DNA from: a bacterium | GTDB taxonomy: Bacteria; UBA8248 | Assembly: GCA_965207065.1 (NCBI GenBank) | Contig: OZ242260.1 | Coordinates: forward strand, 3,200,001-3,264,000 | Reading direction: 5' to 3' | Length of the DNA stretch: 64,000 nt | Part shown: one piece after another, positions 38,383 through 51,614 of the stretch | Layout of the letters: each line of letters begins with the position of its first letter | Position numbering within the stretch: position 1 is the first letter of the stretch | The notes under the pieces: generated by a model | Told to the model about the DNA's origin: nothing | Database searches by the model: none | What the model saw: the letters and a program-made list of their open reading frames with translations, nothing else | Made by a program: the position numbers and the translations under genes

Positions 38383-38430
38383 CTCCTCGCTCCGGTTGGC
38401 GAAGGCCGGGGCCGTTCAGTCCGGGAGGAG
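38383..38430 (+). promoter_or_regulatory. S6:S18 ribosomal protein leader (autogenous operator)
   Basis: CTCCTC pairs with the SD-containing GAGGAG, inner stem gctccggtt/ggccggggc, unpaired CCG next to the SD; extended -10 TGcTAACCT upstream. Confidence 0.7.
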
Positions 38431-38436
38431 GACTAG

Positions 38437-38853
38437 ATGAGACAGTACGAAACGATGGTTTTGTTGTCCCCGGAACTCACCGATGAAACCGTGGACGAGA
38501 AGGTTTCCGGTTTCGAGAAAAAGGTGACCGAAGGGGGCGGAGAAATTCTGAACGTAGAACGATGGGGCAAGAAGCGCCTCGCCTATCCCATCCAACGTCA
38601 GCGTCACGGCATCTATTTCATCGTCACATACCATTCTGAACCGGAAGTGGTGGCGGACATCGAGCGCGATATGCGCATCGATGAAGAGACGTGGCGCTAT
38701 ATGACGGTGCGGATGGATGAAGTTCTCCTGAGAAAACTCGAGAAAAACGCAAAAAGCGCGGCCGCCAGAGAAAGAGAGGGCGCTTCGGAGGGCGGTGACG
38801 GTGATTCTCCACGCCGGCCGGCGCCCGCCGCTTCGGACGATTCTAAATCGTAG
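38437..38853 (+). CDS. rpsF: 30S ribosomal protein bS6
   Basis: MRQYE, WGKKRLAYPI. Confidence 0.96.
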   Translation: MRQYETMVLLSPELTDETVDEKVSGFEKKVTEGGGEILNVERWGKKRLAYPIQRQRHGIYFIVTYHSEPEVVADIERDMRIDEETWRYMTVRMDEVLLRKLEKNAKSAAAREREGASEGGDGDSPRRPAPAASDDSKS

Positions 38854-38863
38854 GGGTATCGTT

Positions 38864-39289
38864 ATGGCCCAGATGAATTCCGTTTATCTGCGCGGCAACA
38901 TGACGCGCGATCCCGAAAAGCGGTTTCTGCCTTCCGGGAATTCCGTGGTTTCTTTCGGGTTCGCGGTCAATCGGAGGTATCGCAGTGGAGAAGAGTGGAA
39001 AGAAGATACCTGCTTCGTGGATGTAGTCGTCTATGGACGCCAGGGCGATTGGGTGATGGAGCAGACAAGCAAGGGCAGCCCGCTCGTGGTGGAAGGGCGG
39101 TTGAGCTTCCGCTCATGGGAAGCGCAGGATGGCTCGAGGCGCAGCAAGCATGAAGTGGTGGCGAACAATATCCATTTCCTGTCCACCCGGGCCGAAATGT
39201 CTGGAGGAGGCGGTGGGGCGAGGAGCACGGAATCCTACACGCCGCCGCCGCAAGACTCGCCCATGACGGATGATGACATTCCATTTTGA
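38864..39289 (+). CDS. ssb: Single-stranded DNA-binding protein
   Basis: N.V.L.GN.TRDPE, VEGRL, DDDIPF C-terminus. Confidence 0.96.
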   Translation: MAQMNSVYLRGNMTRDPEKRFLPSGNSVVSFGFAVNRRYRSGEEWKEDTCFVDVVVYGRQGDWVMEQTSKGSPLVVEGRLSFRSWEAQDGSRRSKHEVVANNIHFLSTRAEMSGGGGGARSTESYTPPPQDSPMTDDDIPF

Positions 39290-39324
39290 TTTCGAAATTG
39301 ATTGCTCAGTTCTAGGAGATAGAT

Positions 39325-39594
39325 ATGGCGCTTGTTCCCCGTGGATTTGGCGATAAGAAAAAGAAGAGAAAAAAGCGTTTTCAGCGAAAGAAAATATGCC
39401 GCTTTACGGCGGATGGTGTGGCGTATATCGACTACAAGGACGTGAAAACGCTTCGTAACATGGTGAGTGAGCGGGGAAAAATCATTCCCCGCCGCGTGAC
39501 CGGCACCTCCGCCCGCTTTCAGCGGCAATTGACGACGGCGATTAAGCGCGCCCGCTACATGGCGTTGATGCCCTATACCGTAGACCATTCATAA
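39325..39594 (+). CDS. rpsR: 30S ribosomal protein bS18
   Basis: [27 protein letters not shown]. Confidence 0.96.
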   Translation: MALVPRGFGDKKKKRKKRFQRKKICRFTADGVAYIDYKDVKTLRNMVSERGKIIPRRVTGTSARFQRQLTTAIKRARYMALMPYTVDHS

Positions 39595-39611
39595 GTCGGA
39601 GATATTGAACG

Positions 39612-40238
39612 ATGCGCTTGATATTGCGTAAGGACATAGAGAGTCTCGGAGAGGTGGGAGACGTCGTTGAAGTAGCCGACGGCTACGGGCTCAACTACCT
39701 TATCCCGAAAGGTCTGGCGCTTCATGCCACGGCGAGCACGGTGCGCGCGACGCAGCATGAGCAGCGGCTGCGGGAAGCGCAAATCCAGGCGGCGAAACGA
39801 AGCGCACAGGATTACGCGGGCGAATTCTCGGGCGTCGAACTCGAATTCTCGATGCGTGTGGGTGCAGATGGCAGGCTGTTCGGCTCTGTGACCAACCGGA
39901 TGATAGAGGACGCTCTGCAGGAGAAGGGCCTCGATGTGAACCGCAGGAAAATCGTTCTGGATGAGCCGATTAAAATGGTCGGTACTTATGACGTCGACAT
40001 TCGCCTGCACCAGGAAGTGAGGGCGTCGGTTCAAGTGAAAGTCATGCCCGATGAAGCGTCCGTGGCGGCTGCGGCCGAGGCGGAAGAAGCCTCTGCAGCC
40101 GAGGTGGAAGAAGCTGCTGAGGCAGCGGATGAGGTTCAGGACGAAGCAGAAGCGTCGGCTGAGGCGACAGAGGCCGTTGTTGCGGATGAGCCGGAGGAAA
40201 GCCAGGACGCAGAAGGTGAGGAAAAGAAAGCCGAATAG
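39612..40238 (+). CDS. rplI: 50S ribosomal protein bL9 with acidic C-terminal tail
   Basis: LG..GDVVEVADGY..NYLIPKG.A, LFGSVT. Confidence 0.95.
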   Translation: MRLILRKDIESLGEVGDVVEVADGYGLNYLIPKGLALHATASTVRATQHEQRLREAQIQAAKRSAQDYAGEFSGVELEFSMRVGADGRLFGSVTNRMIEDALQEKGLDVNRRKIVLDEPIKMVGTYDVDIRLHQEVRASVQVKVMPDEASVAAAAEAEEASAAEVEEAAEAADEVQDEAEASAEATEAVVADEPEESQDAEGEEKKAE

Positions 40239-40300
40239 CGTTTCGCATACCCGGTCTTTTCAGTTGTGTAGTGGCAGGACCAAAGATATCATAGAGTTGG

Positions 40301-40334
40301 CAGGGGCTGCCGATTTCCGACGCCCCTGTTTTTC
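40301..40334 (+). terminator. Intrinsic terminator after rplI
   Basis: caggggc...gcccctg followed by a T-run. Confidence 0.65.
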
Positions 40335-40446
40335 ATCGTATCCCGAATTTACTTTTTCAGATAGTTTGATCTTGGCTGCATCTGATGTAATCTAACGTCC
40401 ACGCCCGTTCTTTCCACTGAATCGTCATTGGAGTTTCGAAGTGGAA

Positions 40447-41865
40447 ATGTCCGCTCGTGATGAGCGGTCCGCGCAGACGGGCCATCTCCCCCCACAGAAC
40501 ATAGAAGCCGAGCAGCGCGTTCTGGGCGCTTTGCTGCTGGATGGCTCGATGGTGCCGCCCGTTATGGAGGTGTTGCGGCCGGAGCATTTCTACCGCATGA
40601 GCCACCGCGTGATTTACGAGGGCATGCTCAGCCTTTTCGAGAAATCAGAACCCATCGACCTGCTTACCCTGGCCGATGCCCTGAAAAAGGCGGGAACGCT
40701 CGATACCGCGGGCGGGCCCGAATATATCGCGCGTCTGGCGGATGATGTTTCCAGCGCCAGGCGTGCTGAAATTTATGCGAAACTTGTAAGAAGCGCGGCA
40801 TTGCTCAGAGAGCTAATCCACACCTCGAACGCCATCGCACAGAGAGCCTTCACAGGCGAGGAGGATATCGATACGCTCGTGGACGACGCCGAGCGCGCGA
40901 TGTTGGAGGTTTCATCCGGCAGGTATCAACAAAGCGTAGAGGGAATGCGCGACATCATCAAACATACGTTTCCCTACCTGGAAGACCTCTATGATCGCAA
41001 GGAACTGGTCACCGGCGTGCCCACGGGTTTCTCCGACTTGGACAAGCTGACGAGTGGTTTGCAGCCCGGGGAATTGGTCATCATCGCCGGTCGTCCCAGC
41101 ATGGGTAAAACGGCGTTCGCCCTGTGCATCGCCGAATACGCCGCTTTGACCTCAAAAACCGCCACGGCGATATTCAGCCTTGAAATGAGTGCGCGGGCTT
41201 TGGCCATCCGCATGATGTGTGGACGCGCCATGGTGAATTCCAGGCAGCTTCAGAGCGGCTACATGCCGTCTCAGAAATGGCCGGATTTGATTCGGAGTGC
41301 AGGTGAATTATCAGAGGCTTCCATATACGTGGACGATGCGACGGATTTGTCCGTATTCGACATCCGGGCGAAATGCCGCCGCATCCAGGCGGATCAGGGC
41401 CTTGGCCTCGTTGTGGTCGACTATCTCCAGCTAGTGCACCACAGGGGTCGTTCCATGGAGAATCGCCAGCGCGAGATCAGCGAAATATCTCGCGGCTTGA
41501 AAGGACTAGCGAAAGAACTCGATGTGCCCGTCGTGGCCCTCAGTCAGCTTTCAAGGGCGGTGGAATCAAGAGAGGGCAAGCGTCCCAACCTGGCCGATTT
41601 GCGCGAGTCAGGCTCTATCGAGCAGGATGCGGACGTCGTGGCCTTGCTTTACCGCGAGGAGTATTATGAGCCGAAAGCGGAGAACAAAGGACTCGCCACC
41701 GTCATTCTCGCCAAACAGCGTAACGGGCCGACCGGTGAACTCGAACTCAAGTTTTTCCCGGATTATGCGCGATTCGTAAATCTGGATTCATTCCATGAGA
41801 GCGCGGTTGTGGGCTCGCAAAATGCGGAACCGGGCTATCCCGATGAAGCGGATGCGCCGTTCTAG
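40447..41865 (+). CDS. dnaB: Replicative DNA helicase
   Basis: PPQNIEAEQ, GRPSMGKT, FSLEM, VDYLQL, LSQLSR, DLRESGSIEQDAD, KQRNGPTG. Confidence 0.97.
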   Translation: MSARDERSAQTGHLPPQNIEAEQRVLGALLLDGSMVPPVMEVLRPEHFYRMSHRVIYEGMLSLFEKSEPIDLLTLADALKKAGTLDTAGGPEYIARLADDVSSARRAEIYAKLVRSAALLRELIHTSNAIAQRAFTGEEDIDTLVDDAERAMLEVSSGRYQQSVEGMRDIIKHTFPYLEDLYDRKELVTGVPTGFSDLDKLTSGLQPGELVIIAGRPSMGKTAFALCIAEYAALTSKTATAIFSLEMSARALAIRMMCGRAMVNSRQLQSGYMPSQKWPDLIRSAGELSEASIYVDDATDLSVFDIRAKCRRIQADQGLGLVVVDYLQLVHHRGRSMENRQREISEISRGLKGLAKELDVPVVALSQLSRAVESREGKRPNLADLRESGSIEQDADVVALLYREEYYEPKAENKGLATVILAKQRNGPTGELELKFFPDYARFVNLDSFHESAVVGSQNAEPGYPDEADAPF

Positions 41866-41907
41866 CGACGGAACAGCAATAATGTCTCCCCTAAGGGGGC
41901 TTTCTTT

Positions 41908-43083
41908 TTGAGCGAACATCTACTGCCGTCCGGATATCGCAACGCTCTTCTCATCGATCTGGACATCCTGATTCAAAATTATACAAATCTGACGAGTCTG
42001 CTTGCCTCTCGAGAACCGTTTGCCGTCGTGAAGGCGGAGGGCTACGGACACGGAGGCGTAGAGGTCGTTCGCGCTGTATATGAAGCGGGCGCCAAATGGT
42101 TCGGTGTGGCGGCCCTCGAAGAGGCGGAGGCGCTTCGGACTCATGAGATGGGAGATGGATTCGGCGATGCGCGTATATTGGTGATGAGCGATACGTTGGC
42201 GTATAACGCGAAAAGGCTGGTCGATGCGGATTGCGACGCCGCCGTCTGGCGCATGGATCAGGTGGAAGGCCTGGCGAGCGCGGCGAGAGAAGCAGGTAGA
42301 AAGGCGAGAGTCCACGTCAAGGTGGATACGGGGATGGGGCGTCTGGGGTTGCGCCCGGCGGAAGCCGTCGATTTCTTCGAGAAGATCTCCCGAGAGGAGG
42401 GAGTCGAAATTGCCGGGTTGATGAGCCACCTCGCCCGGGCGGACGAAGAAGATGGAGAGGCAGCGACGGGCGCGCAAATTCGCGAGATGGAGGCGCTGGT
42501 CCATGCGCTTCGGGAGAAAAACCTGCTTCCCCCCTATGTCCACGTGTCGAACAGCGCGGGTTTGTTGAATTATCCCCGGGCGCCCGGCAATCTGGTGCGT
42601 CTGGGCATTGCGCTTTATGGGGCCTCGCCTCAGTTTTCCGGGAGCGTAACTCTCAAGACCGCCATGACGTGGGTGGCGAGAGTGTTGCAGGTGAAAGAGA
42701 TCGATGCGGGCCGGCCGGTCGGTTACGGTGGAACTTATGAGAGAAACACTCCCGGTCGAATCGCAATCGTAGCGACGGGATATGGAGATGGCTATCCGCG
42801 CATTCTTTCCAACCGTGCGGATGCGCTGGTCGGCGGCGTCAGGGTTCCGGTGGCGGGGCGCGTATCCATGGATATGCTGGCGCTGGATGTGTCTAAAGTA
42901 GAAGGCATCGCGCCAGGGGACGAAGTCGTCCTGCAGGGTGAGCAGGGCGATGGTGCCGTCAATTGCGAGGAATTGGCCGACAGGGCCGAAACGATACCCT
43001 ATGAGATTATGTGCGGGGTGGGCGTCCGCGTCCCGAGAGTATATTTAAGAGAGGGCCGGGTGACCCATGTGCGCAAGTTGTAG
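41908..43083 (+). CDS. alr: Alanine racemase
   Basis: AVVKA.GYGHG, HVKVDTGMGRLG, GYGDG, GRVSMD, TIPYEI. Confidence 0.95.
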   Translation: MSEHLLPSGYRNALLIDLDILIQNYTNLTSLLASREPFAVVKAEGYGHGGVEVVRAVYEAGAKWFGVAALEEAEALRTHEMGDGFGDARILVMSDTLAYNAKRLVDADCDAAVWRMDQVEGLASAAREAGRKARVHVKVDTGMGRLGLRPAEAVDFFEKISREEGVEIAGLMSHLARADEEDGEAATGAQIREMEALVHALREKNLLPPYVHVSNSAGLLNYPRAPGNLVRLGIALYGASPQFSGSVTLKTAMTWVARVLQVKEIDAGRPVGYGGTYERNTPGRIAIVATGYGDGYPRILSNRADALVGGVRVPVAGRVSMDMLALDVSKVEGIAPGDEVVLQGEQGDGAVNCEELADRAETIPYEIMCGVGVRVPRVYLREGRVTHVRKL

Positions 43084-43115
43084 TGAATAGTTGCCTGAAC
43101 TGAACGAGAGCGGCC

Positions 43116-45070
<1,955 letters not shown>

Positions 45071-45172
45071 GCGACTGATTCTTAATGCCTTTGTTGACAA
45101 TGAGCGGGGGCTTTGCTACGAAGCCTTGGCTATGATGACAAGCAGGGCGTTTTTTCCATGGAGACATAGGGA

Positions 45173-45568
45173 ATGTTGGATTCATTAGCGGCATGGTTGG
45201 CTGATTCTTCTGTGGCGTATGCCATGGCTCCTCCTTCTGGCGGCGGCGGTGGCTCACCCAGTTTCCTGATTCAACTGGCGCCGTTCCTGATGATTTTCGC
45301 CATCATTTATTTCATCATGATCAGACCCCAGCAGAAGAAACAGCAGGAAATCCGCAGGATGCAGGAGGCTCTCAAGCCTGGAGATCAGGTAGTCGTGAGC
45401 GGGATCCTGGGTGAAGTTCTGAGAATCAAAGACGATATCGTAACGCTGAAAGTGGACGAAAACATGCGTATTCGCGTTCAAAGGTCATTTGTGACGGTTA
45501 TTCCCTCGAGCGCGAATGCGGAGCAGGCCAAGGCTCCCCAGAAAGAACAACCAGAAAAACAAAAGTGA
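45173..45568 (+). CDS. yajC: Preprotein translocase subunit YajC
   Basis: YF.MIRPQQKK, L.PGD.V. Confidence 0.92.
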   Translation: MLDSLAAWLADSSVAYAMAPPSGGGGGSPSFLIQLAPFLMIFAIIYFIMIRPQQKKQQEIRRMQEALKPGDQVVVSGILGEVLRIKDDIVTLKVDENMRIRVQRSFVTVIPSSANAEQAKAPQKEQPEKQK

Positions 45569-45643
45569 AGTCATTTCACCTTCACTCGGTGAAATGGTTT
45601 TCGGTACGGGTGGCATGGAACCATCCGGCGTAAGGAGAGTTTC

Positions 45644-47194
45644 ATGAGGGGTGTAAGCTGGCGGGCGGCTGCGATAGCCATCGTTATCGTCGTTTCCGCG
45701 TTTTATCTGATTCCACCGGAAGAGCGCATCAATCTCGGGCTTGATTTGCAGGGCGGGATTCATCTGGTCCTCGAGGTGCAGTCCGAAAAAGCGGTGGAAT
45801 CGAAAATGAGCCGCTACTTCACCGAGCTTCGAAACCGCCTTTCGTTAGACGACATACGGACCCGTACCTTCAAGCGCGACGGGTTGAGACTGACCGTGAC
45901 CCTGCATCGTCCCGGTGACAGGGGCCGTTTCCTCTCCATGATGCAGAACTACCCGGATCTCACCCTGGAGCGGGAAGAGGGCAAGCCGCCGACGTTCGCC
46001 TATTTCCTCTCCTCACAACAGGTGGAGCGCACGAAAGAGCAGGCCATCATTCAGGCGCTCGAGACGATTCGGAACCGAATCGATCAGTTCGGCGTGCGTG
46101 AACCCACGCTCCAGCGACAGGGAGAACGTCGCATCATCATCCAGCTTCCGGGAGTGGAAGACCCCTCCCGGGCGAAGTCTCTGATCGGCAAAACGGCGCT
46201 CTTGGAGTTCAAGATGGTGGACAGTCAGGCCAACGTCGCGAGTGCGCTGGAAAGGGGTCGTTCGCCCGAGGGACTGCAGCTTTTGTATGAAGTATCGAGA
46301 GACAGGCAGACGGGCGAGGTGATCGAGCGTACGCCCCTGCTGGTGAAAAGAGAAGCCGCCCTGACCGGCGATAATTTAACCGATGCGCGCGTGGAAATCG
46401 GAGACCGCTTCAACCAGTCCTACGTGGCCATTGCGTTCGATTCCGTGGGGGCGGATGCGTTCGACCGCCTTACGGCGGCCAATGTGGGCAGGCGCCTCGC
46501 CATCGTGCTCGATGGTGTCGTTTACAGCGCGCCCGTCATTCAGGAGCGAATCAGCCAGGGCAGGGCGCAGATTACGGGGAGTTTCACGCTCGAAGAGGCG
46601 ACGGATCTGGCGATTGCTCTGAGAGCGGGCGCGCTCCCCGCTCCCGTGGAAGTGCTGGAAGAAAGAAACGTCGGTCCATCACTCGGAGCCGATTCCGTGC
46701 GTCAGGGTCTCATCAGCATCATCGTAGGTTTCGTTCTCGTTCTGATATTCATGGGTATCTATTACAAACTGAGCGGCGCAGTGGCCATCATGGCGCTCCT
46801 GTTCAACCTGTTGATCCTCATGGGTGCGCTCGGATTCTTCGGCGCCACACTTACCCTGCCCGGCATCGCAGGCATCGTGCTGACGGTCGGTATGGCGGTC
46901 GACGCCAATGTCCTGATTTTCGAGCGCATCAGGGAAGAATTGCGCCTGGGGAAAACAATCCGCTCCGCCATCGAATCGGGATACGGCAAAGCCTTCCTCA
47001 CGATTCTGGACGCGAATATAACGACGCTCATCGCAGCACTCGTGCTCCTGCAATTCGGGACGGGACCCATCAAGGGATTCGCCGTTACCCTGAGCATCGG
47101 CATCGTGGCGAGCATGTTCACCGCGATTTTCGTCACCCGATTCGTATATGACTTCTTCTTGTACCGAACCGACGTGAGGAGTTTGAGCATCTAA
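45644..47194 (+). CDS. secD: Protein translocase subunit SecD
   Basis: LGLDLQGG, RNRIDQFGV.EP, LRAGALPA, GMAVDANVLIFERIREE. Confidence 0.97.
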   Translation: MRGVSWRAAAIAIVIVVSAFYLIPPEERINLGLDLQGGIHLVLEVQSEKAVESKMSRYFTELRNRLSLDDIRTRTFKRDGLRLTVTLHRPGDRGRFLSMMQNYPDLTLEREEGKPPTFAYFLSSQQVERTKEQAIIQALETIRNRIDQFGVREPTLQRQGERRIIIQLPGVEDPSRAKSLIGKTALLEFKMVDSQANVASALERGRSPEGLQLLYEVSRDRQTGEVIERTPLLVKREAALTGDNLTDARVEIGDRFNQSYVAIAFDSVGADAFDRLTAANVGRRLAIVLDGVVYSAPVIQERISQGRAQITGSFTLEEATDLAIALRAGALPAPVEVLEERNVGPSLGADSVRQGLISIIVGFVLVLIFMGIYYKLSGAVAIMALLFNLLILMGALGFFGATLTLPGIAGIVLTVGMAVDANVLIFERIREELRLGKTIRSAIESGYGKAFLTILDANITTLIAALVLLQFGTGPIKGFAVTLSIGIVASMFTAIFVTRFVYDFFLYRTDVRSLSI

Positions 47195-48123
47195 TGGAAA
47201 TTATCCGGCCAGACGCATCATACGACATCATCGGCAAAACAAAGCTCTTCGTCGGCATCTCCACTGTGGTCGTCTTGTTGTCCGTTCTTCTGCTTATGAC
47301 CAAGGGTATCAACTACGGCATCGATTTCACCGGCGGCACGCTGGTTCAGGTGCAGTTCAAGGAAGCCAAGCCGATCGGCGACGTGCGAAGCGCCGTCGGG
47401 GGGCTTTCTTTGGGCGATACGGTCATCCAGAATTTCGGCTCCGAGGGGGAGTTCCTGATTCGTGTGGAGAAAAGCTCGGGCGACATCGAGGGTGTCGAAT
47501 CCGTCGTGAAAACAGCGCTCATCAAAAAATTCGGCAAAGAAGCATTCGAGATGCGCAGAACCGAAATGGTGGGCCCAAAAGTGGGCGCGGATTTACGCCA
47601 GAAGGCGCTGAGCAGCATGCTCTTCGCCCTCATCGGCATTCTCATCTACATCAGCTTCCGGTTCCAGTTCCGACAGGCGATAGCGTCGGTCGTGGCGCTT
47701 TTGCACGACGTCATCATCACGCTCGGCGTTTTTTCCTTGTCAGGCAAGGAGTTCACGCTCCCCATCGTGGCGGCCGTCTTGACGATCATCGGTTATTCAT
47801 TGAACGACACCATCGTCGTGTTCGACCGCATTCGCGAAAATACACGGGCTTCGAGACGCGCCGAGTTATCCGGGCTCGTCAACAAATCCATCAACCAGAC
47901 TCTCTCCCGTACGCTGCTCACCTCCGGGACGACTTTGGTCGCCGTGCTGGCGTTCCTCATACTTGGTGGCGATATAATCTCCGACGTGGCGTTCGCGCTG
48001 GCAGTGGGCATTGTGGCCGGTACGTATTCTTCCATCTACGTGGCGAGCCCCATCCTTCTCGCATGGCCGGAGCCGGCGCGCCGAGGCTCCAGAAGCAAGA
48101 GAAGTTCCACCGCTAAAGCCTGA
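47194..48123 (+). CDS. secF: Protein translocase subunit SecF
   Basis: GIDFTGG, VGP.VG, GYSLNDTIVVFDRIREN. Confidence 0.97.
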   Translation: MEIIRPDASYDIIGKTKLFVGISTVVVLLSVLLLMTKGINYGIDFTGGTLVQVQFKEAKPIGDVRSAVGGLSLGDTVIQNFGSEGEFLIRVEKSSGDIEGVESVVKTALIKKFGKEAFEMRRTEMVGPKVGADLRQKALSSMLFALIGILIYISFRFQFRQAIASVVALLHDVIITLGVFSLSGKEFTLPIVAAVLTIIGYSLNDTIVVFDRIRENTRASRRAELSGLVNKSINQTLSRTLLTSGTTLVAVLAFLILGGDIISDVAFALAVGIVAGTYSSIYVASPILLAWPEPARRGSRSKRSSTAKA

Positions 48124-48261
48124 GTAAATCCCGGGAAAGGGCAGAGGGTGTTTCTGCCCGGAAGAGCGTTTACACATCCCCGCCTAGGTAATGAAATCCT
48201 CTCTCAGAGTTATCACTCCATAGAAGATTCCGTACTGTCTTAGGTTCTGGGTTCTGAAATT

Positions 48262-49465
<1,204 letters not shown>

Positions 49466-49479
<14 letters not shown>

Positions 49480-50404
49480 TTCCTCCGGCTAGAATTTGAA
49501 GGAGAATCTTCTGGGCGTGGAGCCGGTTCCCGGCCTGCGTGAAGACGACGCTCCTGGGGCCGTCGATCACGTCCGCCGTCACCTCCTCTCCCCTGTGCGC
49601 GGGGAGGCAGTGCATGAAAACGGCGTCTTTATGCGCATGCCGGAAAACTCTCTCGTTTACCTGGTATGGGGCCAGGGCTTTCTGGCGGCGTTCGTTCTCA
49701 TCTTCCTGTCCCATGGAGGCCCACACGTCCGTATAAACGGCGTGGGCGTCCGCGCATGCTTCTTCCACGTCCTCGGTGATATGGATTTGCGCGTTCGATT
49801 CTTGCGCTGAACCCAGGGCCTGCTCCAGGATGTTGGCGTCTGGCCAATACCCATTCGGACATGCCGCGCTGACGTGGACGCCGATTAAAGCGCCTACGAT
49901 GAGCAGCGAGTGCAGCACGTTGTTGCCGTCTCCCAGATAGGCGAGCTTAAGGCCATCCAGTGCGCCGTAGTGCTCTCTCATCGTGAGGAAATCGGCGAGC
50001 GCCTGGCAGGGGTGGTGGAGGTCCGTCAGCCCGTTGATGACGGGGACGCTCGCGTTCGCTGCGATTTCCTCCACGCGCGCGTGCGCATACGTTCTGACGA
50101 CGATGCCGTCCACGTATTCGCTCAAAACCTTTGCGCTGTCCGCAGGGGTTTCCCCCCGGGCGATCTGCGTGTCGTTCGGCGCCAGGAAAATGGTGCTGGC
50201 CCCCAGTTGGGTGAGACCCGCCTCGAAGGAAACCCGTGTCCGTGTGGAGTGCTTCTCGAAGATGAGCGCAAAGTTCTTTCCCGACAGCGCAGGGCGGAGT
50301 TTTCCTTGCGCCGTTTCTTTTTTCTGGACGAGTGCCTCTTCGATGAGTCCGATAGTCTGCGCGGCGCTCAGTTCCTCGCCGGTCAGGTAGTCGAGCTTTT
50401 TCAT
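49466..50404 (-). CDS. argF: Ornithine carbamoyltransferase
   Basis: STRTR, HPCQ, SMG, HCLP. Confidence 0.95.
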
Positions 50405-51594
50405 TTCACAAGATCCGAGAGGGCCTCATCGAGGAAATTCATCAGCTTGTCGATCATCTCTTTTTCCACGACGAGGGGAGGTATGAGCCGGATGACCTTC
50501 TGGACGGCCACGTTGAGCAAAAAGCCCGCTTCCAGGCCCTTCGTGACGATGGAGGTCGCGTCCACGTCCACCTCGCAGCCGATGATCAGGCCCTTGCCCC
50601 TGATATCCTTGATGATGGCGTGCCGCGTCGCCAATTCCTCGAGTCCGGCGGTGGCGTACGCTCCCATCTCCTGTACGTGTTCGAGGAATCCGGGCGCGGT
50701 GATGGCGTCCATCGCGGCGCACCCAGCGGCGGTGGCCAGGGGGTTGCCGCCGAACGTCGCCGCATGATCGCCCGGTTCGAACGCCATGGCCTTGTCCGAT
50801 GCGACCAGCGCGCCGATGGCGGTTCCGCCCGCCAGGGCCTTCGCGAGACTCATGGCGTCGGGCGCCACGCCCTCGTGCTCGTACGCCCAGAGTTTTCCCG
50901 TCCTGCCCAGTCCGACCTGGACCTCATCGAAGAGAAGCAGCAAATCGTTCGCGTCGCAAATCTCACGCAAGCCTTTAAGGTAGCCATCGGGCGGCACGTT
51001 CACGCCGCCCTCGCCCTGGATGGGCTCCACCATGATTGCGCAGGTATGCTCCGAAACCGAGGCGGCTACGGACTCCACATCGCCGAAGGGCAGGTAGCGG
51101 AACCCGGGCAGCAGCGGCTTGAAAGCCCCGTGAAATTTTTCTTGACCCGTGGCGGTGAGCGAGGCCATGGTGCGGCCATGGAAGCTCATGTCGAAGCTCA
51201 GTATCTCGTGGCGGCCTTCCCCGTATTTATTGAACGAATACTTTCTGGCGAGCTTGAGCGCCGCTTCGACGGCTTCGGTGCCGCTGTTGCAGAAAAACGC
51301 CTTATCGCCGAAAGAGAGCCGGTTCAGCCTTTTCGCCAGCTCTATCTGGGGTTCGATGTGGTAGAGGTTCGAGACGTGGATCAGCTTTCCGGCTTGCTCC
51401 CTGATGGCGGCCACCACGCCGGGGTGGCAATGCCCGAGATTGCACACCGCCAGGCCGGATACGAAATCCAGATACTCTTTCCCGTCCGCATCCCAGGTGC
51501 GGCAACCCTCGCCACGGACCAACGCGATGGGGTAGCGCCCGTAGGTAGGGGCGACGTTGAGTTCGGCGTCCGAGATCAGTGTGGCGTTGTCCAT
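50401..51594 (-). CDS. argD: Acetylornithine aminotransferase
   Basis: NSGTEA, FHGRT, EPIQGEGG, DEVQ.G.GRTG, AK.LAGG, TFGGNP. Confidence 0.93.
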   Translation of the reverse strand: MDNATLISDAELNVAPTYGRYPIALVRGEGCRTWDADGKEYLDFVSGLAVCNLGHCHPGVVAAIREQAGKLIHVSNLYHIEPQIELAKRLNRLSFGDKAFFCNSGTEAVEAALKLARKYSFNKYGEGRHEILSFDMSFHGRTMASLTATGQEKFHGAFKPLLPGFRYLPFGDVESVAASVSEHTCAIMVEPIQGEGGVNVPPDGYLKGLREICDANDLLLLFDEVQVGLGRTGKLWAYEHEGVAPDAMSLAKALAGGTAIGALVASDKAMAFEPGDHAATFGGNPLATAAGCAAMDAITAPGFLEHVQEMGAYATAGLEELATRHAIIKDIRGKGLIIGCEVDVDATSIVTKGLEAGFLLNVAVQKVIRLIPPLVVEKEMIDKLMNFLDEALSDLVK

Positions 51595-51614
51595 GCTTTT
51601 CCCCAATAAAGAAG

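Noticed and set aside
34939-40238. Acidic low-complexity tails on bL25, bS6 and bL9
   Set aside because: Common in many bacteria; not distinctive
40447-41865. Intein in DnaB
   Set aside because: Normal length and contiguous motifs
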